Below the pieces are notes generated by a model. That model did no database searches and was not told the origin of the DNA. It saw nothing but the letters and a program-made list of their open reading frames with translations. Below, one piece after another: positions 21,448-30,473 of a stretch of DNA of 64,000 nt (positions are counted from its first letter, which is position 1; every line of letters begins with the position of its first letter). The translations under genes and the position numbers were made by a program. The stretch lies in the NCBI GenBank assembly GCA_963715645.1, contig OY970259.1, positions 815,889 to 879,888 on the forward strand, read 5' to 3'. Source of the stretch: an uncultured Thermoplasmata archaeon (GTDB lineage Archaea > Thermoplasmatota > Thermoplasmata > Lutacidiplasmatales > UBA184).

Positions 21448-22008
21448 CGCATGAAGGAGTCTGGCGAGCACGAGGGCTTTGTGGTCTGGATGGAGGGCCT
21501 CCCGGGTGCGGGCAAGACCACGCTCTCGCGCGCGACAGCGGCGAGGATCCGAGGGATGGGTTGGAAGGCGGAGGTGCTCGATGGGGACGAAGTGCGCCAC
21601 ATGTTTTCCCCGGAGCTCGGCTTCTCTCGCAAGGACCGGGAATTCCATGCCCGTCGGGTGAGCTACGTGGCCCAGCTTCTCGCGCGGAACGGAGTAGCCG
21701 TGATCGTGGCGATGATCACGCCCTACGAGACCTCCCGTCAGGCAGCGCGTTCGGTCGAGGGGAGGAGATTCACCGAGGTGTGGCTGCGCTGCCCGATCGA
21801 CGTATGCCGTCAGCGGGACCCGAAGGGGATGTACCGCCGTGCGATGGAGGGCACAGTCCATGGCATGACCGGGGTTGAGGCTCCGTTCGAGGAGCCCCTG
21901 AACCCCGACCTGATCGTGAACACTGCCGATGCCGCGGTCGAGGAGTGCACGGACCGGATCCTGACCCACCTGCGAGAAAAGGACCTCCTCGGCGGCGGGA
22001 CAAGGTAG
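21448..22008 (+). CDS. cysC: adenylyl-sulfate (APS) kinase-like P-loop kinase
   Basis: GFVVWMEGLPGAGKTTLS P-loop; LDGDEVRHMFSPELGFSRKDREFHARRV; RDPKGMYRRA. Start at internal Met (MKESGEHEG). Confidence 0.75.
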   Translation, partial: RMKESGEHEGFVVWMEGLPGAGKTTLSRATAARIRGMGWKAEVLDGDEVRHMFSPELGFSRKDREFHARRVSYVAQLLARNGVAVIVAMITPYETSRQAARSVEGRRFTEVWLRCPIDVCRQRDPKGMYRRAMEGTVHGMTGVEAPFEEPLNPDLIVNTADAAVEECTDRILTHLREKDLLGGGTR

Positions 22009-22753
22009 GGCCCATCGCTTTCCCCGGCACTTTCCCCCGGTCGACTCCCTGTCCGGTCGGTGCGCCCGTCCCAGGTGTTTGACGAACGGGGGCGGGCATG
22101 TCATCCCACCACCCGTACCCTCCCGGGAGAGACGGGGTCATCACGAGAGAGTGGCTTGGCCCCGCCAAGCGACCCCTCGTCCGCTCAGGACCCAGACTCG
22201 CCCTCAAGGTCCCTGGCTGCCACCTCGTCCTGACCCGGGCCCGGACTCCACTCCGCACGTGGGCCCCCGCAAGTTCGGTATCGACCTCGTAACCCTCGAC
22301 CGCATCGGCGGGGTCGCGACGAACCTCGCGCTCCGTTGGCTCGCGGAGGAGGGAGCCTAGCTCTCCTCGCTTGACTTCAACCTGCGGCCCATCCTGACTA
22401 CGCAGCCTGATGGCCCCGCGCTCTCCTTCGGCGATCGGAGCGGATGCGCGCGTACCTCTACCCCGAACGAAATTTGAACGCGGCGAGGTCCTTCATGCTC
22501 GCAAAGGTTTCCCTGAGCCGAGCTCTAATAGAACGCCTCAACCTTCCAGCGACGGGTGTTTCGCCGGCCCGCGTTGAACGGGTAGCATGTCGTGGCGCCT
22601 TCTAACCGCAGAGGGTCGAGCAGGATACGGGCGAACGAGGCACCCACTCACAGGAGCAAAGGGAAGAAGGGAAACGGTTGGTACGGAGCACTCCACCTCT
22701 CAGGGGTGAGGCGGCCTTCGGGGTCGGTCCGACGGCCGCCCGCGGGGGATGGA

Positions 22754-24019
22754 TTACCAGCCCTGGCTGCCCTTGCTCCCCCAGCCGCCCTCGCTGGACT
22801 TGGCGCCGTTCTTGCCATCGCACCCCTTGCCCCCGTGGTGCCCGTGGTGATGGTGTCCGCCGTTCCCGTGCGAAGAGCCGTGGCCGAAACACTGGACGAA
22901 GGCGATCTGCTCCAAGTGCATCGTGTGCGACGCGAGGGAGGTCGTGGCACCCGCCGATGTGAACGAGCCGATGCCCCCGTTGGTCTCCCCGTCGACGAAG
23001 CCGAGCCCCTTGAGGGTCGTGAAGTAGCTCGCCGGGAACGCCTCGATGGTACCCGCGGTCACGTTCGCAACGAAGAAGATCGCCGGAGTGGTCCCGAACC
23101 CGCAGTCACAGTTCGAGGGGAACGCGACCGACTCGGCGTAGGGCCACGTGACGGCGGGCGTGACCGTGCCAGTCGGGCTAATCGCGTACACGGTGTCCCC
23201 GCCTTGGTGGGGGACGAGGATATCTCCCCCGTACGCGCCAAAGGACCACGGCGCCACCGCAGGGCCCTCGACGAAGAGGTCGAGGTTTGCGATGAGCGTT
23301 ACGACACCGGTCTGGTTGACGGTATAGACGGCGCCGGCCCCGGTCGTCACGATCAGGTCGTGACCGAAGGAGCCCACGGAGTCGTAGGTGAGCCCCAGGT
23401 TGATGGGTGCATAGGGGAAGGAAGCGAACGGCGTTACTGTGCTCCCGCCGTTACTGATCTCGAACAGCTTGCCTTCCTGGGCGTCCCAGAGCGTCTCCGG
23501 TGCGGACTGCTTGCCGTTGCATCCGCACTGCCCCTGCGACTGGTGATTGTCTCCCCAGCTGCCTCCGGACCCCTGGCCGTTCCACGAAACTCCCGACGTG
23601 CTGGTCGCGCTCACATAGCTGCCCCCGCCGGAGGAAGTTGCCGCCCAGCTAGGCGGCGCAAGGGCAACGGAGCCCTCCCCGCAGCCAGCCGGAAGGCTCG
23701 GGAGCACCGCGTAAACGCTTACGACGCCGGAGGGGCTCACGGACAGGACCTGCAGGCAGTCGATCGAATTCGTCGCGAACATCTGTATCGGAGACACGGC
23801 GATCGACTGGATGCCCGGCACGCTCGCGAGGGTGTAATCGCCTCCGGATAAGTCCACCTTGCCGGAGTGCCCGGAGGTCACTGGCGAGGCCGCCGCCCCG
23901 CCCGATACCAGCATACACAAGGCGAACACGAACGCCCCGGTCGCCGTGAGCGTGCGACCCGGCGTCCAGAAGGTGCGTCCCCGGTGGTCCGACGTTCTCT
24001 TGCGCTGCGTGTTCTTCAT
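22754..24019 (-). CDS. secreted hypothetical protein with histidine-rich C-terminus
   Basis: Signal peptide after MKNTQRKRTS... (AFVFALCMLVSGGAAAS). G/S/T-rich body. C-terminus HGSSHGNGGHHHHGHHGGKGCDGKNG. Confidence 0.6.
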   Translation of the reverse strand: MKNTQRKRTSDHRGRTFWTPGRTLTATGAFVFALCMLVSGGAAASPVTSGHSGKVDLSGGDYTLASVPGIQSIAVSPIQMFATNSIDCLQVLSVSPSGVVSVYAVLPSLPAGCGEGSVALAPPSWAATSSGGGSYVSATSTSGVSWNGQGSGGSWGDNHQSQGQCGCNGKQSAPETLWDAQEGKLFEISNGGSTVTPFASFPYAPINLGLTYDSVGSFGHDLIVTTGAGAVYTVNQTGVVTLIANLDLFVEGPAVAPWSFGAYGGDILVPHQGGDTVYAISPTGTVTPAVTWPYAESVAFPSNCDCGFGTTPAIFFVANVTAGTIEAFPASYFTTLKGLGFVDGETNGGIGSFTSAGATTSLASHTMHLEQIAFVQCFGHGSSHGNGGHHHHGHHGGKGCDGKNGAKSSEGGWGSKGSQGW

Positions 24020-24409
24020 CGTTCCGTTCGTTCCTACCCGAACACGCTGTGGCTGTACCCGGGCGTGTTCGGGCGAGGCAGTTGATATCGGGGGAAAAAG
24101 CCTTTCCAAATCTCACACTCCATCGCGCTTTGCGACCCCCTCCGAAGCAGCAGATTTCGACGCCCGGTCTGCCGTCCCACGGAGGCGGCTTCTCACGGTA
24201 CCGCCCTGCCGACCCGTCATCACCGGTGCAGGGCTCGCCCATCCAATCTTCCCCGTCGACCGATTCGGCCGGGCGGTTTGGAACTGGGCGGGACGTCACG
24301 GCGGATCCGTCGGTCGGTGTGAGGGAGGCACTGGCGCAGGAGCCCCATCGGCGGGGCGTTGACCCGCTGGGACGGTCGAGGGATCGGTGGTTGCCGACTG
24401 CCCGCATGT

Positions 24410-24458
24410 GTTTAACAGAAAGTACAAAAGTTTAAGTGTAGGTTAACTTCTGTTAAAC
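24410..24458. promoter_or_regulatory. perfect 11-bp inverted repeat (GTTTAACAGAA ... TTCTGTTAAAC, 27-nt spacer) plus TATA-like TTTAAG; putative operator/promoter of the RHH gene
   Basis: AT-rich island in a 68% GC genome. Arms at 24410-24420 and 24448-24458. The spacer contains a GTTAAC palindrome and AAGTTTAAG about 25 nt upstream of the GTG at 24461 (leaderless-type arrangement). Confidence 0.6.
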
Positions 24459-24460
24459 GC

Positions 24461-24856
24461 GTGCGGAACGCTCGAGCAGCTCCCGCGACGTACTTCCTCG
24501 GGGTGCGCCTCACCACCGAAGAAGCGTCGTCCCTCGAACAGTTCCGAGTAGCGAACGACCTGCCGAATCGCTCCGAAGCGGTTCGTGCGCTCGTCCGCGG
24601 CGCGGGCGGTGCACCCGTGTCCGAGGTCGAGCTCCCGGTGACGCTGAGGGCGGCGCTGGAAGAGATCGTCGAGGAGGGCTACGCCCGAGACCTGGACGGT
24701 GCGATCGCCACCGTCCTCACCCTCGGGTTGGGGGAGTTAGCACGGACCCACACCGAACGGTTGCCGGCGCTGCGCGAACGCGCGCGCTCTGCCTCCGAAC
24801 GGCGCCGGGACCGGAAGCGGGCGGACCGCGAGGGTCGGGGACTCCTCGGGCGCTAG
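24461..24856 (+). CDS. ribbon-helix-helix (CopG/Arc/MetJ-like) DNA-binding protein
   Basis: YFLGVRLTTEEASSLEQFRVANDLPNRSEAVRALVR is a typical RHH N-terminus. GTG start immediately after the palindrome. Confidence 0.6.
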   Translation: MRNARAAPATYFLGVRLTTEEASSLEQFRVANDLPNRSEAVRALVRGAGGAPVSEVELPVTLRAALEEIVEEGYARDLDGAIATVLTLGLGELARTHTERLPALRERARSASERRRDRKRADREGRGLLGR

Positions 24857-24881
24857 TTCCTCGGAAAAGGTTGGTTGCAAC

Positions 24882-25020
24882 ATGGAATCGATCGCCATTG
24901 CGTGGAGCGAGCGGAGCGGGTTCATCTGCCGACTGTGCCGTCAGGACGCCAAGCATAATGAGGTGCTACACATCTCGTATTGCCCCGTCCACGGTCTGAG
25001 TTCCCCACTGGACCAGCTAC
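24882..25020 (+). CDS. possible small zinc-ribbon protein
   Basis: MESIAIAWSERSGFICRLCRQDAKHNEVLHISYCPVHG (CxxC...CPxH). End unclear; the ORF runs into the next gene in another frame. Confidence 0.25.
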
Positions 25021-25021
25021 C

Positions 25022-25597
25022 GTGGCGTCCGGAGGCGAGATCATCCCGCGTCTCTATACCCGTACCGGTGACGACGGCACGACCGGTCTCGCACATGGTG
25101 CGCGCGTAGCCAAGGAATCGCTGCGGATCAACACTTACGGTACCGTCGACGAGCTGGGCGCTCACCTCGGCCGTCTCGAGGCCGGGCTCCCTCCGCCGCT
25201 CGACGAGTTCCGCCAGGTGGTGCGTCGCCTCCAGCATCAGCTGTTCGTCGCCCAGTCCGAGCTGGCGGTTGCGCATGGCGCGAAGCTCCCCGCCCACGTG
25301 ATCCAGGCCCGGCACGTCACTGAGCTCGAGCGGGAGATCGACCGGTTCGACGCCCGACACCCCGAGCTCCGCGCCTTCGTTCTGCCTGGTGGGTCGCCCG
25401 TAGCCGCCGAGTTCCATGTCGCAAGGACCGTGGCGCGACGGGCCGAGCGACAGCTCTGGAGACTGCACCGCGCCGAGCCGGTCCGTCCTGAGCTCCTGCA
25501 ATGGGCCAACCGCCTGAGCGACCTTCTCTTTGCGATGGCGCTCGCGGCGAACGCGGCTCTCGGCGTGCCCGAGACCGCCCCGGACTATTCGATCTGA
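25022..25597 (+). CDS. ATP:cob(I)alamin adenosyltransferase, PduO type
   Basis: IIPRLYTRTGDDGTTGLAHGARVAKESLRINTYGTVDELGAHLG matches the PduO-type N-terminus. GTG start at 25022 inferred. Confidence 0.75.
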   Translation: MASGGEIIPRLYTRTGDDGTTGLAHGARVAKESLRINTYGTVDELGAHLGRLEAGLPPPLDEFRQVVRRLQHQLFVAQSELAVAHGAKLPAHVIQARHVTELEREIDRFDARHPELRAFVLPGGSPVAAEFHVARTVARRAERQLWRLHRAEPVRPELLQWANRLSDLLFAMALAANAALGVPETAPDYSI

Positions 25598-25609
25598 GGG
25601 GGGAGAGCC

Positions 25610-26807
25610 ATCGAAGTCGGGCTCGTCGGCAAACCGAACGTCGGGAAGTCGACCCTCTTCAACGCGCTGACGCTGCTCGACGTGCCGATGGCACCCTACC
25701 CGTTCACGACGATCGAACCGAACCGAGGTGTGGCCGCCGTCCGGGCCCCGTGCCCGCACGTGGAGCGCGGGAGCCCGTGCACCCCGGGGAACGCCAAGTG
25801 CGTCGACGGCACGCGGTGGGTGCCGGTCAAGCTGGTCGACGTCCCCGGCCTCGTTCCCGGAGCCCACGAGGGAAAGGGCCTGGGTCACAAGTTCCTGGAC
25901 GACCTCCGCGCAGCGGATGGGTTCATCCAGGTCGTCGACCTCTCCGGCGGGACGGACCCCGAGGGCCGCCTGGCCCCTCCGGGCAGCCAGGACCCCTCCG
26001 AGGAGGTCCGTTGGCTCGAGGAGGAGCTCGTCGATTGGGTCACCGATATCCTCGGACGAGATTTCGAACGGCAGGCACGCAGCGTGGAACTCGAGGGAAA
26101 GAAAGTCGAGGAGTTCCTCAACCACCGGCTCACGGGCCTGTCGGTTGGCCCCGCCGCGCTCGCCACCGCCCTCCGGGCGTCCCCCGTCGACCGGGCGCAT
26201 CCCAGCCACTGGACCGAGGCGGAGCGGCGAGCGCTCGCGCGAGCCCTGCTTCGGGCTTCGAAGCCCCGCCTGATCGCCGCGAACAAGTGCGACCGTGCGG
26301 ACTCGGCCCGCCTCGAGGCGCTCGCGGGCGCGCTCGAGGAACTGCCAGTCGTACCCTACCGCCGCGGACGCCGAGCTGACCTTGCGGCGGGCCGCTCGAG
26401 CCGGGCTCGTCGACTACCGGCCGGGGGACCCGAACTTTTCGATCCGCGACCCGGCGAGGCTCTCCCCCCCTCAGTCGAAGGCCCTCGAAGCCCTGCGCAC
26501 CGTGATGTCGACCTGGCAAGGGACCGGGGTCCAGGCTTCCCTCGAGCGACTCGTGTTCGACCGACTCCACCAGATCGTGATCTACCCGGTCGAGGACGAG
26601 ACGCATTGGACCGACAGCCGGGGCCGGGTGCTCCCAGATGCCTTGCTGGTGCCGGCCGAGACCCCCGCACGTGCCGTCGCCTATCGCGTGCATACCGACC
26701 TGGGAGAGCACTTCATCCGGGCCATCGACGGGCGAACCCACCGTGCCATCGGAGCCGAGCAGCCGTTGGCACCGAATTCGGTGGTACGGATCGTCTCGCG
26801 CAAGTAA
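25610..26807 (+). CDS. Obg/YchF-like GTPase with C-terminal TGS domain; frameshifted
   Basis: G1 [12 protein letters not shown]; PFTTIEPN; [12 protein letters not shown]. After a 1-nt indel near 26350 it continues IVIYPVEDE...VLPDALLVP...[16 protein letters not shown] (TGS). No canonical start codon after the stop at 25595-25597; a six-G run sits there. Confidence 0.7.
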
Positions 26808-26821
26808 CCGGCAGGCTCGGG

Positions 26822-27799
26822 CTAGGGAGTGGAGACCAGCGAGACGCCCTTGGGAGCCGGTCGCACGACGAACGGAAGGCCCCCCGCCCTCGCCAGCCGT
26901 CGGACGAGCTCGGTTTCCGCCCCGGGGCGCGGGAGCGCTACGATCGATCCCCCGGCCCCTGCGCCGGTCAGTTTCGCTCCTTCCGCGGCGGGCCGGCTCG
27001 CGTCGAGGAGGGCCTCGAGCCGGGGATGGGAGACCCCCACCTCCCGGAGGAGCTCCTGGTTGCGGTTCATCAGTTCCGCGACCGTCCTCCGGTCGCCGCC
27101 GATGACCGCCCGCGTCCCCTCGGTCGCCACCCGCCCGAACTCGGCCAACAGGGCGGGCCCGTCGGGGTGCGCGAGCCGGGCGCCGACCGCGCGGACCGCG
27201 TCCCCCGTAGCCCGCGGGATCCCGCTGTGGGCCACGACCCAGACCCAGCCGGGGTCGGCGACCCGGCGCACCTGCCAGGAGAGGTCCCCGGCGCGGACCG
27301 TCCACAGAGGCTGGCCCTGGCTTGCTCCGTTGACGGTGAGGAAACCGCCCGCCACGGCCGCGCTCGTGTCGCCGGGACTCCCGACCCCCTGCGCCCCTCG
27401 CTCCACATCGAAGCTCCGCTGGGCCAGCGTGGGACGGTCGATGCCCCCGCTAGCCGCCGAGAGCGCGCCGGTGAGGGCGGCCGAGAGCGCCGCGGAGGAC
27501 CCGAGTCCCGCCCCGCGTGGGATGCGCGAGACCGCACGGACATCGACCGGTTGAGCACCTGCCCAGGGGCTTTGGATCACCGAGCGGAAGTAGGGGTGTC
27601 GGTCGCCCGCATCGGGGTCCCCGTTCAGCGACCAGCGGTCGGCGCGGCGAACCACGACCTGGGTCGAGAGGTCGATCGCGAAGAGGAGCTCCGGTGCGCC
27701 GTGGACGACCGCATGCTCGCCAAACACGATGCACTTTCCCGGTGCTTGGGCGGAGAGCGGCAAGCTCCCCGATGGGATCGGGCCCAGCTCGTCGGTCAT
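26822..27799 (-). CDS. mvk: mevalonate kinase (GHMP kinase)
   Basis: APGKCIVFGEHAVVHG and PRGAGLGSSAALSAALTGAL GHMP motifs. Start at MTDELGPIP. Confidence 0.8.
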   Translation of the reverse strand: MTDELGPIPSGSLPLSAQAPGKCIVFGEHAVVHGAPELLFAIDLSTQVVVRRADRWSLNGDPDAGDRHPYFRSVIQSPWAGAQPVDVRAVSRIPRGAGLGSSAALSAALTGALSAASGGIDRPTLAQRSFDVERGAQGVGSPGDTSAAVAGGFLTVNGASQGQPLWTVRAGDLSWQVRRVADPGWVWVVAHSGIPRATGDAVRAVGARLAHPDGPALLAEFGRVATEGTRAVIGGDRRTVAELMNRNQELLREVGVSHPRLEALLDASRPAAEGAKLTGAGAGGSIVALPRPGAETELVRRLARAGGLPFVVRPAPKGVSLVSTP

Positions 27800-28311
27800 T
27801 TCCTCCGCCGCCCTCCCACCACCCGCTTGCCTCGGGCCTGCGGGACGATCGCACGCTTCGCCCCGGGCCACGGGCCCGGGCCGGGGACTCCCAGCAGCTC
27901 CGCGAGGAGGACCGCGACCGCAGCGACCTCGCTGTGCGGCTGATGGCCCACCGCCACGTTGTACGTCGCGAGACGGTACAGGTCGGGGGGCACCTTGGCC
28001 CCGCCCACCACGACGAGGATCCGCGATGCGCGAGCCAGCTTCGGCCGGGCCTTCGCGAGCGGGATCCCGTACATCGTGAGGTGGACGACCGGACCGGGGA
28101 ACTCACGCACTGCCCGCCGCCAGTCGGAGGTCCCGACCACCTCGAAGCTGCCGCCCCATCCCTCCCCGACGGCAGCGAGCCGACGGGCGAGCTCTGGGTC
28201 GGGGGGATGGAGGAGCATCCGCTCCGCCCCGAACGCCCGGGCGGCGAGCGCCAAGTGGGTCGTCAGCCGAGGGTCCCGGCCCGGCCGATGGCCGACCCGC
28301 AGGACCGAGAC
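27796..28311 (-). CDS. tRNA (cytidine56-2'-O)-methyltransferase aTrm56 (SPOUT)
   Basis: VLRVGHRPGRDPRLTTHLALAARAFGA...VVHLTMYG...VGGAKVPPDLYRLATYNVAVGHQPHSEVAAVAV closely matches the aTrm56 family. Start trimmed to a GTG to avoid overlap with the upstream gene. Confidence 0.8.
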   Translation of the reverse strand, partial: VSVLRVGHRPGRDPRLTTHLALAARAFGAERMLLHPPDPELARRLAAVGEGWGGSFEVVGTSDWRRAVREFPGPVVHLTMYGIPLAKARPKLARASRILVVVGGAKVPPDLYRLATYNVAVGHQPHSEVAAVAVLLAELLGVPGPGPWPGAKRAIVPQARGKRVVGGRRRK

Positions 28312-28321
28312 GGCCGCCGGC

Positions 28322-28834
28322 TTACTCCGCGGGCTCCGCCTGGAACCGCTCGATCCGGTGGCCACGGTACTCCAACTTGTCCGAGCGTTTGACGAGTCCC
28401 TTCAGGCGGGTCGGGCTCATTCCGAGCTCTTCCGCGGCGTCGGAGAAGAACCGGCCCTCCGGTCCGACGATGGCGTGGATCTTCTCCTCGAGCTTCGCGT
28501 ACTCTTTCGCGCTCATCATCGCGATGGCGAGCACCTCGGAGATCTCGGCCAGCGGGGAGGTCGTGTTGATGTTGATCGTAGAATAGTAGAAGTGGTAGCT
28601 CTTGTCGGGTTGCTTCCGCCCCTCCCGGGCGACCCATCGCGTGTCGATCAGACGGAGCTTCTCGAAGAAGGCGAGGGTCTTCACGCCCTCGGGGCCGAAC
28701 TCCTTCGCGACGTCCTCGACGGTCAACCAGCTCTCCCCGAGCCGGGTCACGAGCTTGAGCTTGAGCGGCGAGTCCACGGCCCGGAGGATGGGGACGAGGT
28801 CGCTGACGTCGTTGATGACCTTGATGCGGTGCAT
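28322..28834 (-). CDS. predicted transcriptional regulator with two winged-helix-like domains
   Basis: MHRIKVINDVSDLVPILRAVDSPLKLKLVTRLGESWLTVEDVAKEFG... and a second HTH-like segment FSDAAEELGMSPTRLKGLV. No specific family recognised. Confidence 0.45.
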   Translation of the reverse strand: MHRIKVINDVSDLVPILRAVDSPLKLKLVTRLGESWLTVEDVAKEFGPEGVKTLAFFEKLRLIDTRWVAREGRKQPDKSYHFYYSTININTTSPLAEISEVLAIAMMSAKEYAKLEEKIHAIVGPEGRFFSDAAEELGMSPTRLKGLVKRSDKLEYRGHRIERFQAEPAE

Positions 28835-28853
28835 GGTGGCGGACACGAACAGT

Positions 28854-29036
28854 TCACTCGGTTCCCGCCCCGAGGGGCGTCGCATTCCGTAGCATTCGGC
28901 GGTACTTCCCGTAGCGGTCCCCCGGGTCAAAGCGGGCGGGGTGGGGGGTACGGGTGAGGGCGTGGCAATCCGGGCACTCGGCCTTGAAGGTGTAACGGGC
29001 GCAGGCGCGGCAGACCCGCAGGATCGACTCGGTCAT
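28854..29036 (-). CDS. nop10: H/ACA ribonucleoprotein subunit Nop10
   Basis: MTESILRVCRACARYTFKAECPDCHALTRTPHPARFDPGDRYGKYRR. ATG overlaps the aIF2alpha stop (ATGA). Confidence 0.8.
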   Translation of the reverse strand: MTESILRVCRACARYTFKAECPDCHALTRTPHPARFDPGDRYGKYRRMLRNATPLGAGTE

Positions 29037-29810
29037 GTCCGGGTGAAGGAGCCCTCCCCTCCGGCGCTCTTGATCGACTTGATCGCGGCCTCGGTCGCCT
29101 TCTTGAGCGTCTCCTCGGCCGCCTTGTACTGGCTGGCGGCGACGCGGATCCGGTAGCGGGGGGCGCCGACGTACTGAACCTCGATGGACTCCGGGTCGAC
29201 CTTCTCCGCGGCGATCAGGGCCGCCCGGACATGATCGACGCCGTTCGGGCTCGGGTCGGAGATCTCGAGGGTGCCGAGGATCGTGACGTGCGGGGGAACG
29301 ATGTTCTCCGTGGCGACCTTGAGGAACGCACTCTCCCACGGGGACTTCTCGTTCTCCTTCTGGAACCGCTTAGGGTCGGCCGAGGCGACCTCGAAGGCTT
29401 GGAAGAGGGACCCGTACTTCTCGACGAGCCCCGGACCGAACTGGTCGACGGCTTCCTCGGTCTTCACCTTGAGGGCGGAGGCGACCTGTTCGATGAGCCG
29501 CATCGCCCGGATCTCGTTCTTCCACGCCTGGGTCTTCTCTCGGCGCTGGTGGTCGTTGATCCGTTTCAGCGAGAGGTCGATCTGGTTCTTTGCGGGGTCG
29601 ATGCGGAGGACGCGTGCGACGATCTTCTGGCCCTCGCGGATGTGGTCCCGGATGGTACTTGACCCACCCCGTGGCGACCTCAGAGAGGTGGATGAACGCC
29701 TCCCGGCCGTTGTACTCGTCCAGCGTGACAAAGGCGCCGAAGTTCCGGATCGAGGTGACGGTGCCGACGACGAGCTCGCCCTCTTCCGGGTACTCCGCAC
29801 GAAGCGGCAT
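29033..29810 (-). CDS. translation initiation factor 2 alpha subunit (aIF2alpha); frameshifted
   Basis: S1 domain EGELVVGTVTSIRNFGAFVTLDEYNGREAFIHLSEVATGWVK. After a shift near 29650 it continues IRDHIREGQKIVARVLRIDPAKNQIDLSLKRI... Confidence 0.8.
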
Positions 29811-29817
29811 GGTTTGC

Positions 29818-29978
29818 CGCGGACCCGCCTAGCCCGATGCGGGGCGAACGAATTCGCCCCGCAGCTTAGCCTGCCCGCCCGTGGGGGTCGCGAGGGTCGC
29901 CCCACAGACGGTGCAGTTGACGGTGGTCGCCGGTCGGCTGAAGACGGTCTGCTCGGTCGAGCAGTCGGGGCATTTCAC
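29818..29978 (-). CDS. rps27e: ribosomal protein S27e
   Basis: Manual translation of the minus strand gives (FWIV)[38 protein letters not shown]... The C4 zinc ribbon is typical of S27e. Start codon uncertain (GTG). Confidence 0.65.
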
Positions 29979-30016
29979 GATCCAGAAAGGGGACGGGGCG
30001 TGCGTGCCGGACCTCC

Positions 30017-30301
30017 TAGTGGTGCTCCACGAGCTCGAGCTGGCTTGCCCGCCAGCTGGCGGGCTTGACGGTGTACTTGCACTTCTTGCACTTGAACTTC
30101 AGATTGACCCGCCGGACCGCTTTCGCCCGGCCCTCGGGCTTCGGTCGGGGGAAGCCTCCGTAGCCCCGGGTCGCGCGCCGGAACCGCCGCTGCCCCCAGG
30201 CTCAGTTCGGAGGCGGGCCGCTTCTTGTCCTTCTCGACGTCGTGCTCCGTGTGCACCTTGCACTTCGGGCAGTAGGTCGAGATGACCTTGGGGTAGTGCA
30301 T
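30017..30301 (-). CDS. rpl44e: ribosomal protein eL42 (L44e); frameshifted
   Basis: [34 protein letters not shown]. After a 1-nt shift it continues [26 protein letters not shown]...[11 protein letters not shown]...[10 protein letters not shown]. Confidence 0.75.
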
Positions 30302-30473
30302 CGGGCGCCGCCGAGCCGCGTTTGGTATTTAGGTTTGGGGGCGAGTCCGGATCCGGCGCGCTGGGGCCGAACCTCCGCCGTGAATCGGGCGCCCCGGCGC
30401 GCTCGCCGGGGCGCCAAGCCTTAAGTAAGCGGGCTTTCTCGGCGGCGCCGCCCTCTCCGAGGAGGCCACATCG

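Noticed and set aside
22380-22620. Possible tRNA or small RNA in the AT-richer patch (GAACGAAATTTGAACGCGG)
   Set aside because: No cloverleaf could be assembled. More likely promoter/terminator sequence. A GC hairpin (GGCGGCC...GGCCGCC) at ~22700 looks like a terminator-type structure for the secreted-protein gene.
24941-26209. 422-aa minus-strand ORF across the PduO and GTPase genes
   Set aside because: Antisense to two well-supported plus-strand genes. No recognisable motifs.
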